Assembly: GCA_963786955.1 (NCBI GenBank)
Contig: CAWBAT010000005.1
Coordinates: forward strand, 1,164,127-1,228,126
Source of the DNA: an uncultured Acidimicrobiia bacterium
GTDB lineage: Bacteria; Acidobacteriota; Terriglobia; Versatilivoradales; Versatilivoraceae
Direction of reading: 5' to 3'
Length of the DNA: 64,000 nt
Below the pieces are notes generated by a model. That model had not been told where the DNA came from. It searched no databases and saw nothing but the letters and a program-made list of their open reading frames with translations. Of this stretch, positions 30,155 through 41,585 are shown piece by piece. The stretch's first letter is position 1. Each line of letters opens with the position of its first letter. Made by a program: the position numbers and the translations under genes.

Positions 30155-30709
30155 ATGAAAAATCGAATGTTACTTAGCCTATGGCTGACTGCATGGATTC
30201 TCGGAGTGCTTCTTGCCTCGGGTTCTTTGCCGATCCTTCAGGCTCAAGACCAGCTTGAACCTAAACGTCAGGCCGAACCGTTCATTCTTCCGACTTGGGA
30301 TGGAAAAGTTCTCAAGTCGAGCCAGCTCAAAGGCCAAGTCATCATGCTTGAGTTTTTCCAAACCAGCTGCCCCGGCTGCCAGGAAGACGCCCCAGAGCTC
30401 GAACGACTCTACAAACAGTACAAGAAAAGGGGATTCATGGTTGTCGGCGTTTCGCATGATAGAGCAGGAGCTAAGGTAGTTGGGCCTTTCGTCACTAAAT
30501 ACAATCTCACCTACCCTGTTGTGATTGGAGATTTGTCGATTGCGGTCAGCTACATCGGGATTACGCCTTCCAATCCCAGTTTTCGCATCCCCTACATTGT
30601 GCTCATCGACCGAAAAGGCTTTATCGTCGGGCAGTTTGAGCAAGGAAAGGATAAGGAAGCTACGGATCCAAAACTTCTTGAAGCCCTCATCCAAAAACTC
30701 CTTGAATAA
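30155..30709 (+). CDS. TlpA/redoxin-family thiol-disulfide oxidoreductase (thioredoxin-like, secreted or anchored)
   Basis: N-terminal signal/anchor. CPGC active site within a redoxin fold (MLEFFQTSCPGCQEDAPEL). Confidence 0.8.
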   Translation: MKNRMLLSLWLTAWILGVLLASGSLPILQAQDQLEPKRQAEPFILPTWDGKVLKSSQLKGQVIMLEFFQTSCPGCQEDAPELERLYKQYKKRGFMVVGVSHDRAGAKVVGPFVTKYNLTYPVVIGDLSIAVSYIGITPSNPSFRIPYIVLIDRKGFIVGQFEQGKDKEATDPKLLEALIQKLLE

Positions 30710-30931
30710 ATCCCGGACTAAGGGTTAAGAGATCTCTCAATCAAGCATTCTTGGCTTATTCACGGGTTGCTTGAAGAGATGACGATGGACTTGCTTTAAA
30801 ACAATCTTTATGAATCTTGATATCGAGCCCTTTTTCTGCTTCATTCACCCAATACCGAGACATCTGGACTCTCGACGCGCCGTGGGTTACCCTGTCTGAT
30901 AGATCCAGCCTTGGCATTAGGAGGACTACTC

Positions 30932-31309
30932 ATGCGCGCGCGCTATTCGTTACCTTCATGTTTCTTCACACCGCTCGCCAAACGCATGTTACTCGCGGTT
31001 ACTTTGGGTTTGACGGTGATTGCAACATCCTCTTCCACTCCATCTCAGGATCATCAGCCTGTCCAAGACGATAAGGATCGTACCGTCACCTGTGTCTTCG
31101 TGAATCCGGGCTATTCCGGTTCCTGTACCGAGACAGCCCAAGCGCCTTCACGCCAACCCGCGCCAGAGGCTTGTGAGCCAATTCTTACTTGTCTCAACAA
31201 CCCTCAATGCATGAAAACATATTGCGGAGCGACCACAGTTCGTTCCGGTTGGACTCTCGAATCCGCTACCGATTCACAGTCCTCACGTTCATCCACGTTC
31301 AAGAGGTAG
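30932..31309 (+). CDS. Small secreted cysteine-rich protein (hypothetical)
   Basis: AGGAGG Shine-Dalgarno 7 nt upstream of ATG. Signal peptide. Mature region carries 8 Cys (VTCVFVNPGYSGSC...EACEPILTCLNNPQCMKTYCG). No recognisable family. Confidence 0.5.
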   Translation: MRARYSLPSCFFTPLAKRMLLAVTLGLTVIATSSSTPSQDHQPVQDDKDRTVTCVFVNPGYSGSCTETAQAPSRQPAPEACEPILTCLNNPQCMKTYCGATTVRSGWTLESATDSQSSRSSTFKR

Positions 31310-31456
31310 ATCCATAGAATGTAGAAAAGAACGCATGTTTCCTTGTCAAAGTGTGTGAAGATGCGAAATTGAAGGAAAGTCGGATCCTCTAAACCAAGGG
31401 GTTTTGTTGTTCACGGAGGGACAATTGGGCCTTCGTCGATGTTTTAGTCTCTCCAG

Positions 31457-31476
31457 CGAAGGGATTTGCATCCCTT
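31457..31476. repeat. Perfect 8-bp inverted repeat (GAAGGGAT-TTGC-ATCCCTTC)
   Basis: Seen directly. Lies 150 nt downstream of the Cys-rich ORF and just upstream of the candidate promoter. Could be a hairpin or operator. Confidence 0.4.
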
Positions 31477-31504
31477 CATTTCATCTCGCCACTCCGAGGG
31501 AGGT

Positions 31505-31534
31505 CTATTCTGCTTGACACTGATTTGACGCGGT
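31505..31534 (+). promoter_or_regulatory. Candidate sigma70-type promoter upstream of the TPR/YHS gene pair
   Basis: TTGACA, an 18-nt spacer and TAGACT about 60 nt upstream of the TPR ORF start. Confidence 0.25.
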
Positions 31535-31592
31535 TGCTAGACTTTTTCAGCCAATTGAGGCGAAATTCGACCGGCCAAAAGGCGGTTTTAAT

Positions 31593-32243
31593 TTGAGAAA
31601 AGATACAGCGTGGGTAGCCTCGATCTGCCTTATATTGGGTGGCCTGATTGGTTACCTCCTCGGTGTCCAGATCACTTCGCAGGAACTCCGCCGTTCACCC
31701 TCCACACAGGCTGTGAATCAGGCATCGGAAGCTCCTTCGGCAGCCCCAGCGGGGGGGGTACCGGAAGGACATCCCCCCATTGTCACGCAGTCTGACCTTG
31801 AGACGCTCAAGAAAGCAGTCGAAGCCACCCCTAAGAACGCAATTTTGCTCACAGAGCTTGCCAATAAGCTTTATGATGCGGGACGGTATCAAGAGGCTGT
31901 CGGGTACTACCAGCAAGCCGTAAAGCTCGATCCGAACAATGTGAATGTGATTACTGATTATGGGACGGCGCTCTACTACTCTGGAAAACCCGAAGAGGCG
32001 ATCGCCCAATACAGCCGTTCACTCGAAATCGACCCTCGCCACATCCAATCACTGCACAACCTGGTCATCGTCAATTTGCAGGGCAAGAAAGATATCGCAG
32101 CGGCGACGGCCGCATTGAATCGACTCAAGGGCATAGAGCCTAATAATCCTTCAATACCGGAATTGGAACGCATGATCAATTCGGGCAATTCCGCTGGACA
32201 GTCCCCTCCTGCCGGAAGCAACCCACGACAGCGAATCTTCTAA
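31593..32243 (+). CDS. Membrane-anchored TPR-repeat protein
   Basis: N-terminal transmembrane helix followed by 3-4 TPR units (YQEAVGYYQQAVKLDPNNVNVITDYGTALYYSGKPEEAIAQYSRSLEIDP). Confidence 0.7.
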   Translation: MRKDTAWVASICLILGGLIGYLLGVQITSQELRRSPSTQAVNQASEAPSAAPAGGVPEGHPPIVTQSDLETLKKAVEATPKNAILLTELANKLYDAGRYQEAVGYYQQAVKLDPNNVNVITDYGTALYYSGKPEEAIAQYSRSLEIDPRHIQSLHNLVIVNLQGKKDIAAATAALNRLKGIEPNNPSIPELERMINSGNSAGQSPPAGSNPRQRIF

Positions 32244-32246
32244 TCA

Positions 32247-32510
32247 ATGAGATTTCTATTCCCCCTTCTTTTTTTCTTGCTCATTTTTTATGTGATCCGG
32301 TCTATCCTTCAAGGATTCACCGAGGGGACTCGGGCTTCAACCTCGAAAAAAGAATCTGGCAAGCCTGGCGTCAAGATGGGAAGGATGGAAAAAGACCCTG
32401 TGTGTGGGATGTATGTCGATGTGGCTACATCAGTCGCAGCCACCTTTGAGGGGGCGACTAAGTACTTTTGTTCGACTGAGTGTCTGAACAAATACAAGAA
32501 AGCCGTTTGA
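32247..32510 (+). CDS. YHS/TRASH-domain metal-binding protein with N-terminal transmembrane helix
   Basis: DPVCGMYVD...YFCSTEC matches the YHS domain. Its start is 3 nt after the TPR gene's stop. Confidence 0.65.
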   Translation: MRFLFPLLFFLLIFYVIRSILQGFTEGTRASTSKKESGKPGVKMGRMEKDPVCGMYVDVATSVAATFEGATKYFCSTECLNKYKKAV

Positions 32511-32546
32511 ACTCGATTTTGATTCACAGTCTTTGGAGGATCCTTC

Positions 32547-33796
32547 GTGAAAGAAACTCAAAATCTGTACGAGATTGCGAAAATGCGATTTGAAATGGCA
32601 GCCGATGCCATGAAACTCCCTTCTGATTTAAGAGAGGTGATGCTCCATTCCAAACGCCAACTCATTGTTTCCCTGCCGGTGCGGATGGACAATGGAACGA
32701 TCCGAGTGTTTGAAGGTTACCGGGTCCAACACAATATTGCACGCGGTCCCGCTAAAGGTGGCATTCGCTACCACCCCAGCGTGACCCTCGACCAGATCAA
32801 AGCTCTCGCTCAACTGATGACGTGGAAATGCGCGACGGTCAATATCCCTTATGGGGGTGGAAAAGGCGGGGTCATCTGCGACCCGAAAACCATGTCTCAG
32901 GGCGAGTTGGAGCGGCTGACCCGAAGATATGCCTCGGAGATTCTGCTCTTGATTGGCCCTGACAGGGATATCCCGGCGCCTGATATCAACACCGATTCTC
33001 AGACCATGGCGTGGATTATGGATACCTATTCCATGACCGTGGGCCATTCGATGCTGGGAGTCGTCACCGGCAAGCCGGTCGCTCTGGGCGGTTCTAAGGG
33101 TCGCGAAGAAGCTACCGCCAGAGGATGCTGGTATGCCATCCGAGAAGCTTGCAAAGTTAAGAACATTCATCTCAATAACGCAATCGTGGCAATCCAGGGG
33201 TTTGGCAGTGTGGGAACGACGACGGCGCGACTACTCCATGAAGATGGAGCTAAGATCATTGCCTTGAGCGATTCCCGAGGAGGTGTGCTCAACTTAAAGG
33301 GAATCGACATGAAAGCCGCTCTGGAACATAAGCGGAAAACAGGCCGGCTTGAGAGCCTAAAAGGCACAACTGCAATCTCCAACGCGGAATTGTTGGAGTT
33401 GAAGTGCGACATCCTTGTTCCAGCCGCAATGGAGAACCAGATCACCTCAGAAAACGCTTCTAAGGTGAAAGCTACGATCCTGGCGGAGGCTGCCAATGCG
33501 ACGACTACTCCTGCGGCGGATGAGGTCTTGATCAGGAACGGCACTTACCTGATTCCTGACATTCTGTGTAATTCAGGCGGCGTCATCGTGTCCTATTTTG
33601 AGTGGGTGCAAGACCTGCAGGGGCTTTTCTGGTCTGAAGGAGAAGTCAACAACCAGTTGGAAAAAATCATGATTCGGAGCTTCCAGGAAGTCCACGACAT
33701 TTCCCAGAAAAGAAGAAGGACATGCGGGTGGCGGCTTATGTCCTGGCCGTAGGCCGAGTGGCTGATGCGACAAACGCGCGAGGGCTCTTTCCCTAA
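32547..33796 (+). CDS. gdhA: NAD(P)-specific glutamate dehydrogenase; the C-terminal 30 codons are out of frame (apparent 1-nt deletion near 33708)
   Basis: Glu/Leu/Phe/Val dehydrogenase signatures (GGIRYHP, KCATVNIPYGGGKGG). The annotated frame ends in non-conserved KRRRTCGWRLMSWP. The +1 frame encodes the expected conserved tail KKDMRVAAYVLAVGRVADATNARGLFP up to TAA at 33794-33796. Confidence 0.85.
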
Positions 33797-33906
33797 GAAT
33801 TGACACAATCCGTTCGATCTCTGGGACCCGGCCCCGACTTTATTCCCGCGAAATGGAAATTGGTTTTGCAGAACCCGCCAGCAGAGGCGGTCTTAATGAT
33901 ACCGCC

Positions 33907-35196
33907 CTACCTTACTGGCGGAGCCTGATACACGACTTTACCGGCCATGATGGTGGCTGTCACTCTTCCCTTGAGTTTTGTCCCATGAAAAGGTGAATTC
34001 CGGCTTTTTGACCGTGTCTGATTCACATCGTATACCCATTCGTGATCCAGCCCAAAAACCGTCACGTCTGCTTCGGCCCCTACTTTGAGAGTGCCAAGCG
34101 ACTTATTGATAATCTTTGCTGGATTGGTGGAGAAGAGTTCTACCAACCGTTTTAAGCTAATTTTTCCTGTGTGATAGAGTTGGGTAAGGGCAAGACTGAG
34201 TGCTGTCTCCAAGCCAATAATCCCGAACGGCGCGCAATCAAATTCCAGCATTTTTTCGTTCGGATTATGGGGGGCGTGGTCGGTTGCAAGACAGTCCACG
34301 GTTCCATCGGCAATCCCCTCCACAAGTGCTTCGATATCCTTCTCAGTTCGCAAGGGAGGATTCATTTTTGTATTCGTGTCGTAACCGCAACAGGCGGCAT
34401 CAGCCAGCGTGAAGTGATGGGGAGTGACCTCGCAGGTGACATCAATTCCTTTTTGTTTGGCGGCACGTACTAGCTCGAGTGCACCTTGGGTAGAAAGGTG
34501 AGCAATGTGGATATGCGCGCCCGTCAATTCTGCAAGCAAAATGTCACGGCTCGCCATCGCATCTTCGGCCGTGCGACTGATTCCTTTTAGGCCCAAGACG
34601 GTCGAGTAGTAGCCCTCATTCATGGAACCCTTTGCGGAAAGGTGCAAATCTTCACAGTGCTCAATGACCGGGATTTTAAAGGGTAAAGAATATTCCATCG
34701 CACGACGCATCAATTGTCCGTTCATGACCGGCTTTCCGTCGTCGCTGATGCCGACGGCCCCGGCACTCACCATCTCCCCAATCTCGGCCAGTCGCTCACC
34801 GGCACTTCCCATGCTGATGGCGCCGATCGGAAAGACGCGGGTTACGGCCCTTCGTTGTGCTTCTTCACAAATGTATTTGGTCACGGTGGGACTATCGTTG
34901 ATGGGGTTGGTATTTGGCATGCAACAGATGGTCGTAAATCCTCCTGCGGCAGCTGTCCGGGATCCGCTCTCTATGGTTTCTTCGTCTTCCCGTCCGGGCT
35001 CTCGCAAGTGCACGTGGAGATCAATAAAGCCAGGTGAGACGATGAGTCCCGTCGCGTCAATGATCTGATCGGCGGAGGCTTTGAGGTTTTGTCCAACCTT
35101 GCTGATTCTTCCGTCATCAATGAACAAGTCACTGACAGCGTCTAATCCCGAGGCGGGGTCCACTATTCTTCCATTTTTGATCAGTAGCGAATTCAA
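33907..35196 (-). CDS. pyrC: Dihydroorotase
   Basis: Amidohydrolase signatures (GFIDLHVHLREPG, metal-binding His/Asp pattern). 429 aa. Confidence 0.9.
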   Translation of the reverse strand: MNSLLIKNGRIVDPASGLDAVSDLFIDDGRISKVGQNLKASADQIIDATGLIVSPGFIDLHVHLREPGREDEETIESGSRTAAAGGFTTICCMPNTNPINDSPTVTKYICEEAQRRAVTRVFPIGAISMGSAGERLAEIGEMVSAGAVGISDDGKPVMNGQLMRRAMEYSLPFKIPVIEHCEDLHLSAKGSMNEGYYSTVLGLKGISRTAEDAMASRDILLAELTGAHIHIAHLSTQGALELVRAAKQKGIDVTCEVTPHHFTLADAACCGYDTNTKMNPPLRTEKDIEALVEGIADGTVDCLATDHAPHNPNEKMLEFDCAPFGIIGLETALSLALTQLYHTGKISLKRLVELFSTNPAKIINKSLGTLKVGAEADVTVFGLDHEWVYDVNQTRSKSRNSPFHGTKLKGRVTATIMAGKVVYQAPPVR

Positions 35197-35199
35197 AGC

Positions 35200-36186
35200 T
35201 TAAGAGTCCTCCTTTGTCTCCCCGGTTAAGAGGAACAAAACAGCCATTCTTACGGCGACGCCGCTAGTAACCTGGTTCATAATGACTGAATATTGCCCGT
35301 CGGCTACGTTTGAGTCAATTTCGACCCCCCGATTGATCGGGCCCGGGTGCATGATGATTGCGTCAGGCCTCGCCGCTTTCATGCGATTCGCACTTAAACC
35401 GTAATAACGGAAATACTCCCGAACAGAGGGAAAGAAAGCCTCCTGTTGCCGTTCTAATTGAATGCGCAGCATCATGACCACATCGGCATCCCGAAGGGCT
35501 TCATCCATATCGAGTGTCACTTTCAGACTCCCGAGGTTTTCAGTTTTCGCTCCAGAGAGGGATTCACGACCGATTTCATCCAGCATCCGTTCAAACTTAA
35601 GAGGGATCAGAGTCGGAGGCCCGCACACGGTAATGTGCGCACCCATTTTCCCTAACAAGAGGCAATTCGACCGGGCGACGCGACTATGGGTAATGTCTCC
35701 GATGATAGCCACCCGGAGATCTCGTAAGGATTTCTTATGATCGAGAATCGTGAGCGCATCCAGCAATGCCTGGGTGGGATGTTCATGGGAGCCATCCCCA
35801 GCATTCACAATCGAAGCACTGCAGACTTTGGCCAATTGATGGGGTGCCCCTGAAGAAGAGTGTCGGATCACAATGACGTCCGGTGCCATAGCCTGCAAGT
35901 TCTTGGCAGTATCGATCAGAGTTTCACCCTTCACCACACTGCTCGTCGAAACAGAGATATTGATGACATCAGCACTGAGTCGTTTTCCCGCAATTTCAAA
36001 GGATGTTCGAGTTCGGGTAGACGCCTCAAAGAAAAGATTGACGATGGTCTTTCCCCGCAAGGTGGGGACTTTCTTAATAGGCCGAGTCGAGATCTCCCGG
36101 AGAGACTGGGCTGTCTTGAGGATGAGCTCGATTTGCTCTGGAGAGACTCCCTGAATTCCAAGCAGATGTTTCAAGCCTAAAGCCAC
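35200..36186 (-). CDS. pyrB: Aspartate carbamoyltransferase catalytic subunit
   Basis: STRTR carbamoyl-phosphate-binding motif ([13 protein letters not shown]) and the conserved HPGP aspartate-binding motif. 328 aa. Confidence 0.95.
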   Translation of the reverse strand: MALGLKHLLGIQGVSPEQIELILKTAQSLREISTRPIKKVPTLRGKTIVNLFFEASTRTRTSFEIAGKRLSADVINISVSTSSVVKGETLIDTAKNLQAMAPDVIVIRHSSSGAPHQLAKVCSASIVNAGDGSHEHPTQALLDALTILDHKKSLRDLRVAIIGDITHSRVARSNCLLLGKMGAHITVCGPPTLIPLKFERMLDEIGRESLSGAKTENLGSLKVTLDMDEALRDADVVMMLRIQLERQQEAFFPSVREYFRYYGLSANRMKAARPDAIIMHPGPINRGVEIDSNVADGQYSVIMNQVTSGVAVRMAVLFLLTGETKEDS

Positions 36187-36267
36187 ACAGGCACCTCGAT
36201 CTTGTTGCGACTTAAAGTGATTTGGAATGGCATGATTGAATGGCTCTGCAACGGACTGCGTTTAAGG

Positions 36268-36813
36268 TTAATTCTTTTCCACCAATAAGACCTGATCCAG
36301 TTGATCGATCTCACGAAGCCGAACTTCCACCATTTCGTCCTCTGTTGTCTGAATGCATTTGCCGATGAAATTAGCTTCAATTGGCAATTCACGCAGGCCA
36401 CGATCGATAAGGACGCAGAGCTGAATCCCCTTGGGCCGACCAAAATCCAGCAGGGCATCCATGGCGGCGCGAATGGTCCGGCCCGTATAGAGTACGTCGT
36501 CGACCAGAACGATCACGTTCTCGGAGATCGGAAAGTTGATTTCCGTCTTCTGGATGACCGGCTGATTTGCCACTGTAGAAAGGTCGTCTCGATAGAGATT
36601 GATGTCCAGATAACCGACCGGTACCTGAAATTTCTCACGCTCGGAGATACATTGAGCCAGGCGATCGGCCAATGGAACACCCCGCCGGCGAATGCCGACC
36701 AGAGCGAGATGACTTGTGCCCCGATTGCGCTCGATAAGTTCATATGCCAGCCGATTGACGGCCCGCTCGATGTCGGTGGCATTCATGACTTGAGCTTTCT
36801 CACGGATACTCAT
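36268..36813 (-). CDS. pyrR: Bifunctional pyrimidine operon regulator/uracil phosphoribosyltransferase PyrR
   Basis: PRTase motif VLVDDVLYTGRTIRAA. 181 aa, heading the pyrR-pyrB-pyrC operon. Confidence 0.9.
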   Translation of the reverse strand: MSIREKAQVMNATDIERAVNRLAYELIERNRGTSHLALVGIRRRGVPLADRLAQCISEREKFQVPVGYLDINLYRDDLSTVANQPVIQKTEINFPISENVIVLVDDVLYTGRTIRAAMDALLDFGRPKGIQLCVLIDRGLRELPIEANFIGKCIQTTEDEMVEVRLREIDQLDQVLLVEKN

Positions 36814-37021
36814 GAGCTTTGCAGGGTGAGACGACTGAGTTGGTCCCCATCATTAAGGAGGGAACCAGAGTTGAGATGAGTAACTGACTGTTCTATCTTG
36901 CAGGAGGTGCAAGATAAGTGTCTAAAACCGGTTTCATAGTAGCACAATGCGTCTGCATGTCAAAGAGCCCTCAAAAATGGAAAAATGAGAAGTAAGGTAG
37001 AGAATTGTCGATGGGTTTCAT

Positions 37022-40000
37022 ATGAGCGAAGGACTCCTCTCTTGGGATAGTTGTTCCTCAGTTTTTGTGCGCGATATGGTATTTTATGATCGCATCGAAG
37101 AAAGGATACACATCAATCCCGTGGGTGAACGCAGAATGAAACCAGAGGATCTGCTTTTAGCGGCCGAACTGGATTCCGCAAAAGCTTCCCAGATTCTAAA
37201 GAAATACGGATTTAAAGATCCGGAATGGGGCAGACCGTAATCTGCAGTTGATGGCTGAGGACCTCTCAACCCGTCTCATTCTGGCCCGAATCATCGGAAT
37301 TTATTGGAAGCTGCCAAGAAATGTCCCGACCCTGACTCTGCCATCAATTACTTTGAAAGACTTTTGGCCAATGTAGCGCATTCGAGCAATTTCTTGGGAT
37401 TTCTGGGAGATACTCCTGAAGCGCTCGAGGCCCTGATCCTTCTGCTTGGAACCTCCCCGTTCAGCGCCGAGATTCTGATCCGAAACCCCGAATACTTCTA
37501 CTGGATCCTGGATGAGTTGGGGACTCCGTGGATCAAGCCGTCATCGGCTTATCTTCAAGAAGCGCTGCAGGCGAAGGAGCCCTTTGAAGATGGAGAGCAG
37601 CAGTTGCGGGCACTCGGCCGATCTCAAACGGCGGGAAATCCTACGAATCGGCGCCAGAGACATTTTGAGAGCTGCAAACGTACTGGGGACAATTACCGAG
37701 CTTTCAAATTTAGCCGATGCTGTTTTGCAATCTATTTACTCCATATGCTTTCAGAACCTGGCTGGGAAACATGGCATCCCTTGCTTTCTGGATGCGTCAG
37801 GTAAATTGAGAAGGGCCCGGTTTACAATTCTAGCAATGGGAAAACTAGGCGGGTGCGAACTCAACTACAGTTCAGACATTGATCTGATTTTTATCTACGA
37901 TGGGGAAAACGGGAATACGACATCCGCTGAAAGCCTGCTGGAATCCAATCAACCGGGAGATCCAGAACGGACGCCCGCTATTTCTACAATCCCCCGGCCT
38001 CCAATTCTGGAAGATCTAAAATCCATTTCAAACACCGAATTCTTTACCAAGCTTGCCCAAACCATTACGCACGAACTCTCGAGTATGACTGAGGAGGGAT
38101 ATTTCTACCGAGTGGATCTCCGACTCCGCCCCGAGGGGAGTGCCGGTCCGGTGGCGAGTTCATTCACGGCCTGCAAAAACTATTACTCCAGCTGGGGGGA
38201 AACTTTTGAGCGAATGGCGCTGATCAAAGCCCGACCGGCAGCAGGTTCCACGGAGCTTGGAGACGAGTTCTGCAAAGCCTTCAACTCTTTCGTTTACCGG
38301 AAGTTCTTGGATTTTGCCGCTTTAGAAGAGATCCAGGAGATTAAGACTCGGATTGAATCAAAACTGACTGCCAGGAAAAAAAATGTCCGGCACGTTAAAC
38401 TCGGAGCGGGCGGGATCCGTGAAATTGAATTCTTCGTCCAGGCGCTCCAGTTAATCTATGGAGGTCGAAATCCGCAAATACAGGACCGCAGCACGGTCAA
38501 GACGCTCAGCCTTCTGCAGGGGAACCAATTTATTTCTACCGACGAGAGTGCAGGACTGCTGGATGCCTACTGTTTCCTGCGCGACTTGGAGCACAAGCTA
38601 CAGATGGTTAATGAGCTCCAGGCCCATGAACTTCCCGAAGACGAGGAGGAACTCTACAAATGTGCCCGGCGAATGGGCTTTCTGGAAAAGTCTCGTGCCG
38701 AGACGATCAAAACATTTTCTGAAAAAATATGAATCACACACAACCTATGTTCGGGATCGCTTTCAAAAGCTTATTTCTCTGAAGAGAGACGAGTGGTCCG
38801 GCGGCCAGATGCGAGAGGCCTCTCTGATTCTCAGCAAGAACCTCTCAAAACAGGAAGCCTTGGAAATCCTTGACAGACCGGGGTTCGAAGACCTCCAGAC
38901 AGCTTATAATCAAATCTGCTTGCTCCGCGATGCTCCTTCGTTTGCCCACTCGCCCTCAAAGATGCGCAATTTGCTGGCGAACCTCATGCCATCCCTTCTT
39001 GAGACCCTCAGGGTTAGTCCTGATCCGGATACAGGCTTGAACTTCTTCGAGCAGTTTGCCAGTGCATTAGGAGCCCGCGATTCTCTATACACTCTCCTGA
39101 ACGAATCCCCCAATGCTCTTCACAGTCTCATTCGAGTTCTCTCCAGCAGCCAGTTTCTCGCGGATTTTCTTTGCCGAAACCCCGAATTCCTGGATGCCAT
39201 TATCAAACTAGAATATTTAGAAGAGGCAAAACAACTTGAAGAATACAAATGGCAGATCAGAGAGATCCTTTCGGAGGAAAACAGCTTTGAGAATCGTGTT
39301 CAGGCCCTCAGAAAGCTTACACGAGGAAGAACTATTCCGCATTCAGGTAAGGGATGTCTTGGATCAATGTGATCGTCCATTGGTCGGTAAACAATTGGCT
39401 GCCTTGGCGGAAGCATGTTTAGAAGGGGCATTTTTGCTTGCCTGCCAAAGACTGGAAGAGCATGAAATGAGTTCCTTTCAGTCATGGGCGCAAGATCACT
39501 TTGTCATCCTTGCCCTTGGAAAATTGGGGGGAAATGATCTGAGCTACCAATCGGATTTGGATCTTGTCTATTTCTATTCGGTTGATTCAGAGACGAATTC
39601 GATCGGACGCAACGCCGCCTCACTCGTTTGGTAGAACAAATCGACCAGATACTAAGCGTCTCGACAGGAAAGGGCGCGATCTACAAGATCGACACCCGCC
39701 TCCGTCCTGAAGGAAAGAAAGGTGGATTAGTCACCCCTTACTGAAATACCAGCAATATCTCGAACATCGAGCCCAGCCTTGGGAACGGTTGGCGATGGTT
39801 CGCCACCGCTTATGATGGGGAGCTCAAGAAATCGTGCCATGCATTCTGAAATGGTGAGGGGCTTTGTCTTTCAGTCGGAATTTCCGTCCATCCGTGGTCA
39901 AGGAGATTGCCCATATCCGTCACCGAATGGAAATAGAATTGGCGAAAGAGGCTGAAGAAAATAGTTTTCATATCAAGGCAGGGGCTGGCGGGTTAGTGGA

Positions 40001-40275
40001 TATTGAGTTTGCCGTACAAATGATGCAGTTGAAACATGGGTGCCGGCATCCTGCTTTACAGATTTCCAATACTCTTCATCGCCCTGACGGAAATCAGAGA
40101 ATTGGGGCTTATTTCGCTTTCTGATTTCCAGGTTCTCTATCTCGGGTACGAGTTCCTCCGTTTCCTGGAAAATCGATTGAGGATTGCCTCTCCTTTTGGC
40201 TCAGGAACCTTTCATCGTCAATTACAAAGTCTAGGGAAAACGTCACGCCTACTTGGGATATTCAAGCACGAATGA
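37022..40275 (+). pseudogene. glnE: Glutamine synthetase adenylyltransferase GlnE, fragmented across at least six reading frames
   Basis: Successive overlapping open frames carry both GlnE nucleotidyltransferase cores (GKLGGCELNYSSDIDLIFIY and GKLGGNDLSYQSDLDLVYFY) plus the conserved inter-domain helices. Each frame ends where the next begins. Confidence 0.8.
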
Positions 40276-41050
40276 TCCTAGGGCCGCCAAGGATTTCGAA
40301 GGTGCGTACCTCGACATCACGAGTTCCGTAAGAAATGTGTACCAGAGAATCATGAATCAGTTGGCCTTATCATGAGCTTTCTTCGATCCCGATAACACTC
40401 ATCATTCTCCCAGTTTTTCCTTTTTCTGCACGGTGGGAAAAAAAGAGTTCGGTCCGGCAAGCTCGTACAAGCCTCACTACTGAAAATATTGTGTGGCAGG
40501 ATCCCAGATTCGAGTAATTGGTGTTTGCCAGGCAGCTACAAATCGAGGGACATCGTTGTCGGCGCAGTCAAGTCTTTATGGTTGAAGCTGCGGAAAAAAG
40601 AATCCCTCCAGCGAATTCTTTCGCGAATGCCTGGACCATTTCCTCTCCGACTTCGTAGCAGCAGGGGCCAATTCCAGGTCCGATTACCGCCAGGCAATCG
40701 GCAGGGACAGTCCAGAAATTCTTTTGCATCTGTTCAGTCGGCTTTCATGGTGATTCTTTTGAGAAGGCCTCGCCAGCCAGCATGAATGGCAGCAATCGAC
40801 TTTTCGACGAGGATCGACCGCTAAGACGGGCAGGCAGTCGGCGGTTTGGATGGCCAGCAGAATTCCAGTCTGGGCGGTAATCATGGCGTCTGCTTCTGGA
40901 GCCGTTGCCAAATGGTTTCTTGTTCCTAATCGCAAAGATTCTGTCGGAGTGAGTTTGGCGCAAGGTGACCAGAGGGATTTCCCTGCCGGAGACTGCACCG
41001 GGCCAATCTCTTTCGATTTTCCAGCACGATTTCTGCCGGTTGATAATCAT
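40270..41050 (-). pseudogene. pgeF: YfiH/PgeF (DUF152) purine-nucleoside-phosphorylase/laccase-domain protein, frameshifted
   Basis: Fragments in two minus-strand frames carry TLRQTHSDRI and ILLAIQTADCLPVL motifs. The downstream conserved His/Trp block is out of frame. Confidence 0.55.
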
Positions 41051-41207
41051 TCAATCCAAGGTTAAGGTCTCTTTTGGGTTCAGGGTCAAAACGCAAGCTA
41101 AAACCGTGCAGCATCCACTTGAAGGAAGCTAGCGGTTGGTGATATAAGAAATTTCGCGACCGTTGAGATTAGAAACTGGTTATCCGTCATAAAGAGAGAG
41201 AATTGAA

Positions 41208-41585
41208 ATGATTGTGGGCATGGGAGTCGATATTGTCGAAATTGAAAAACTCAGACTCGCCATGATGAGACGAGGTGAGCGACTGCGCAATCGGGCGTTT
41301 ACTCCGGGCGAGATTCAATATTGTGAACAACGCGCTCACCAGTATCAGCATTATGCCGCCCGATTTGCAGCTAAGGAAGCTGTATTCAAGGCGATCGGCT
41401 CGGGATGGAGAAATGGAGTGACCTGGCTCGACGTGGAGGTTTTCAACGAGCTCAGCGGGAAGCCCATACTCCGACTAAATGGAAAAACCCTTGAATTTGC
41501 GAACGCATTAGGGGCCCGGAATTATTGGTTAAGTTTGACTCATACCGACCACTATGCGGTAGCCCAGGTGGTACTCGAATCTTAA
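41208..41585 (+). CDS. acpS: Holo-[acyl-carrier-protein] synthase
   Basis: MIVGMGVDIVEIEK...FAAKEAVFKA matches AcpS. 125 aa. Confidence 0.9.
   Translation: MIVGMGVDIVEIEKLRLAMMRRGERLRNRAFTPGEIQYCEQRAHQYQHYAARFAAKEAVFKAIGSGWRNGVTWLDVEVFNELSGKPILRLNGKTLEFANALGARNYWLSLTHTDHYAVAQVVLES

Noticed and set aside
32628-33170. 180-aa minus-strand ORF
   Set aside because: Antisense inside gdhA. No features of a real gene.
36301-36879. 192-aa plus-strand ORF
   Set aside because: Antisense to pyrR, whose frame has the PRTase motif.
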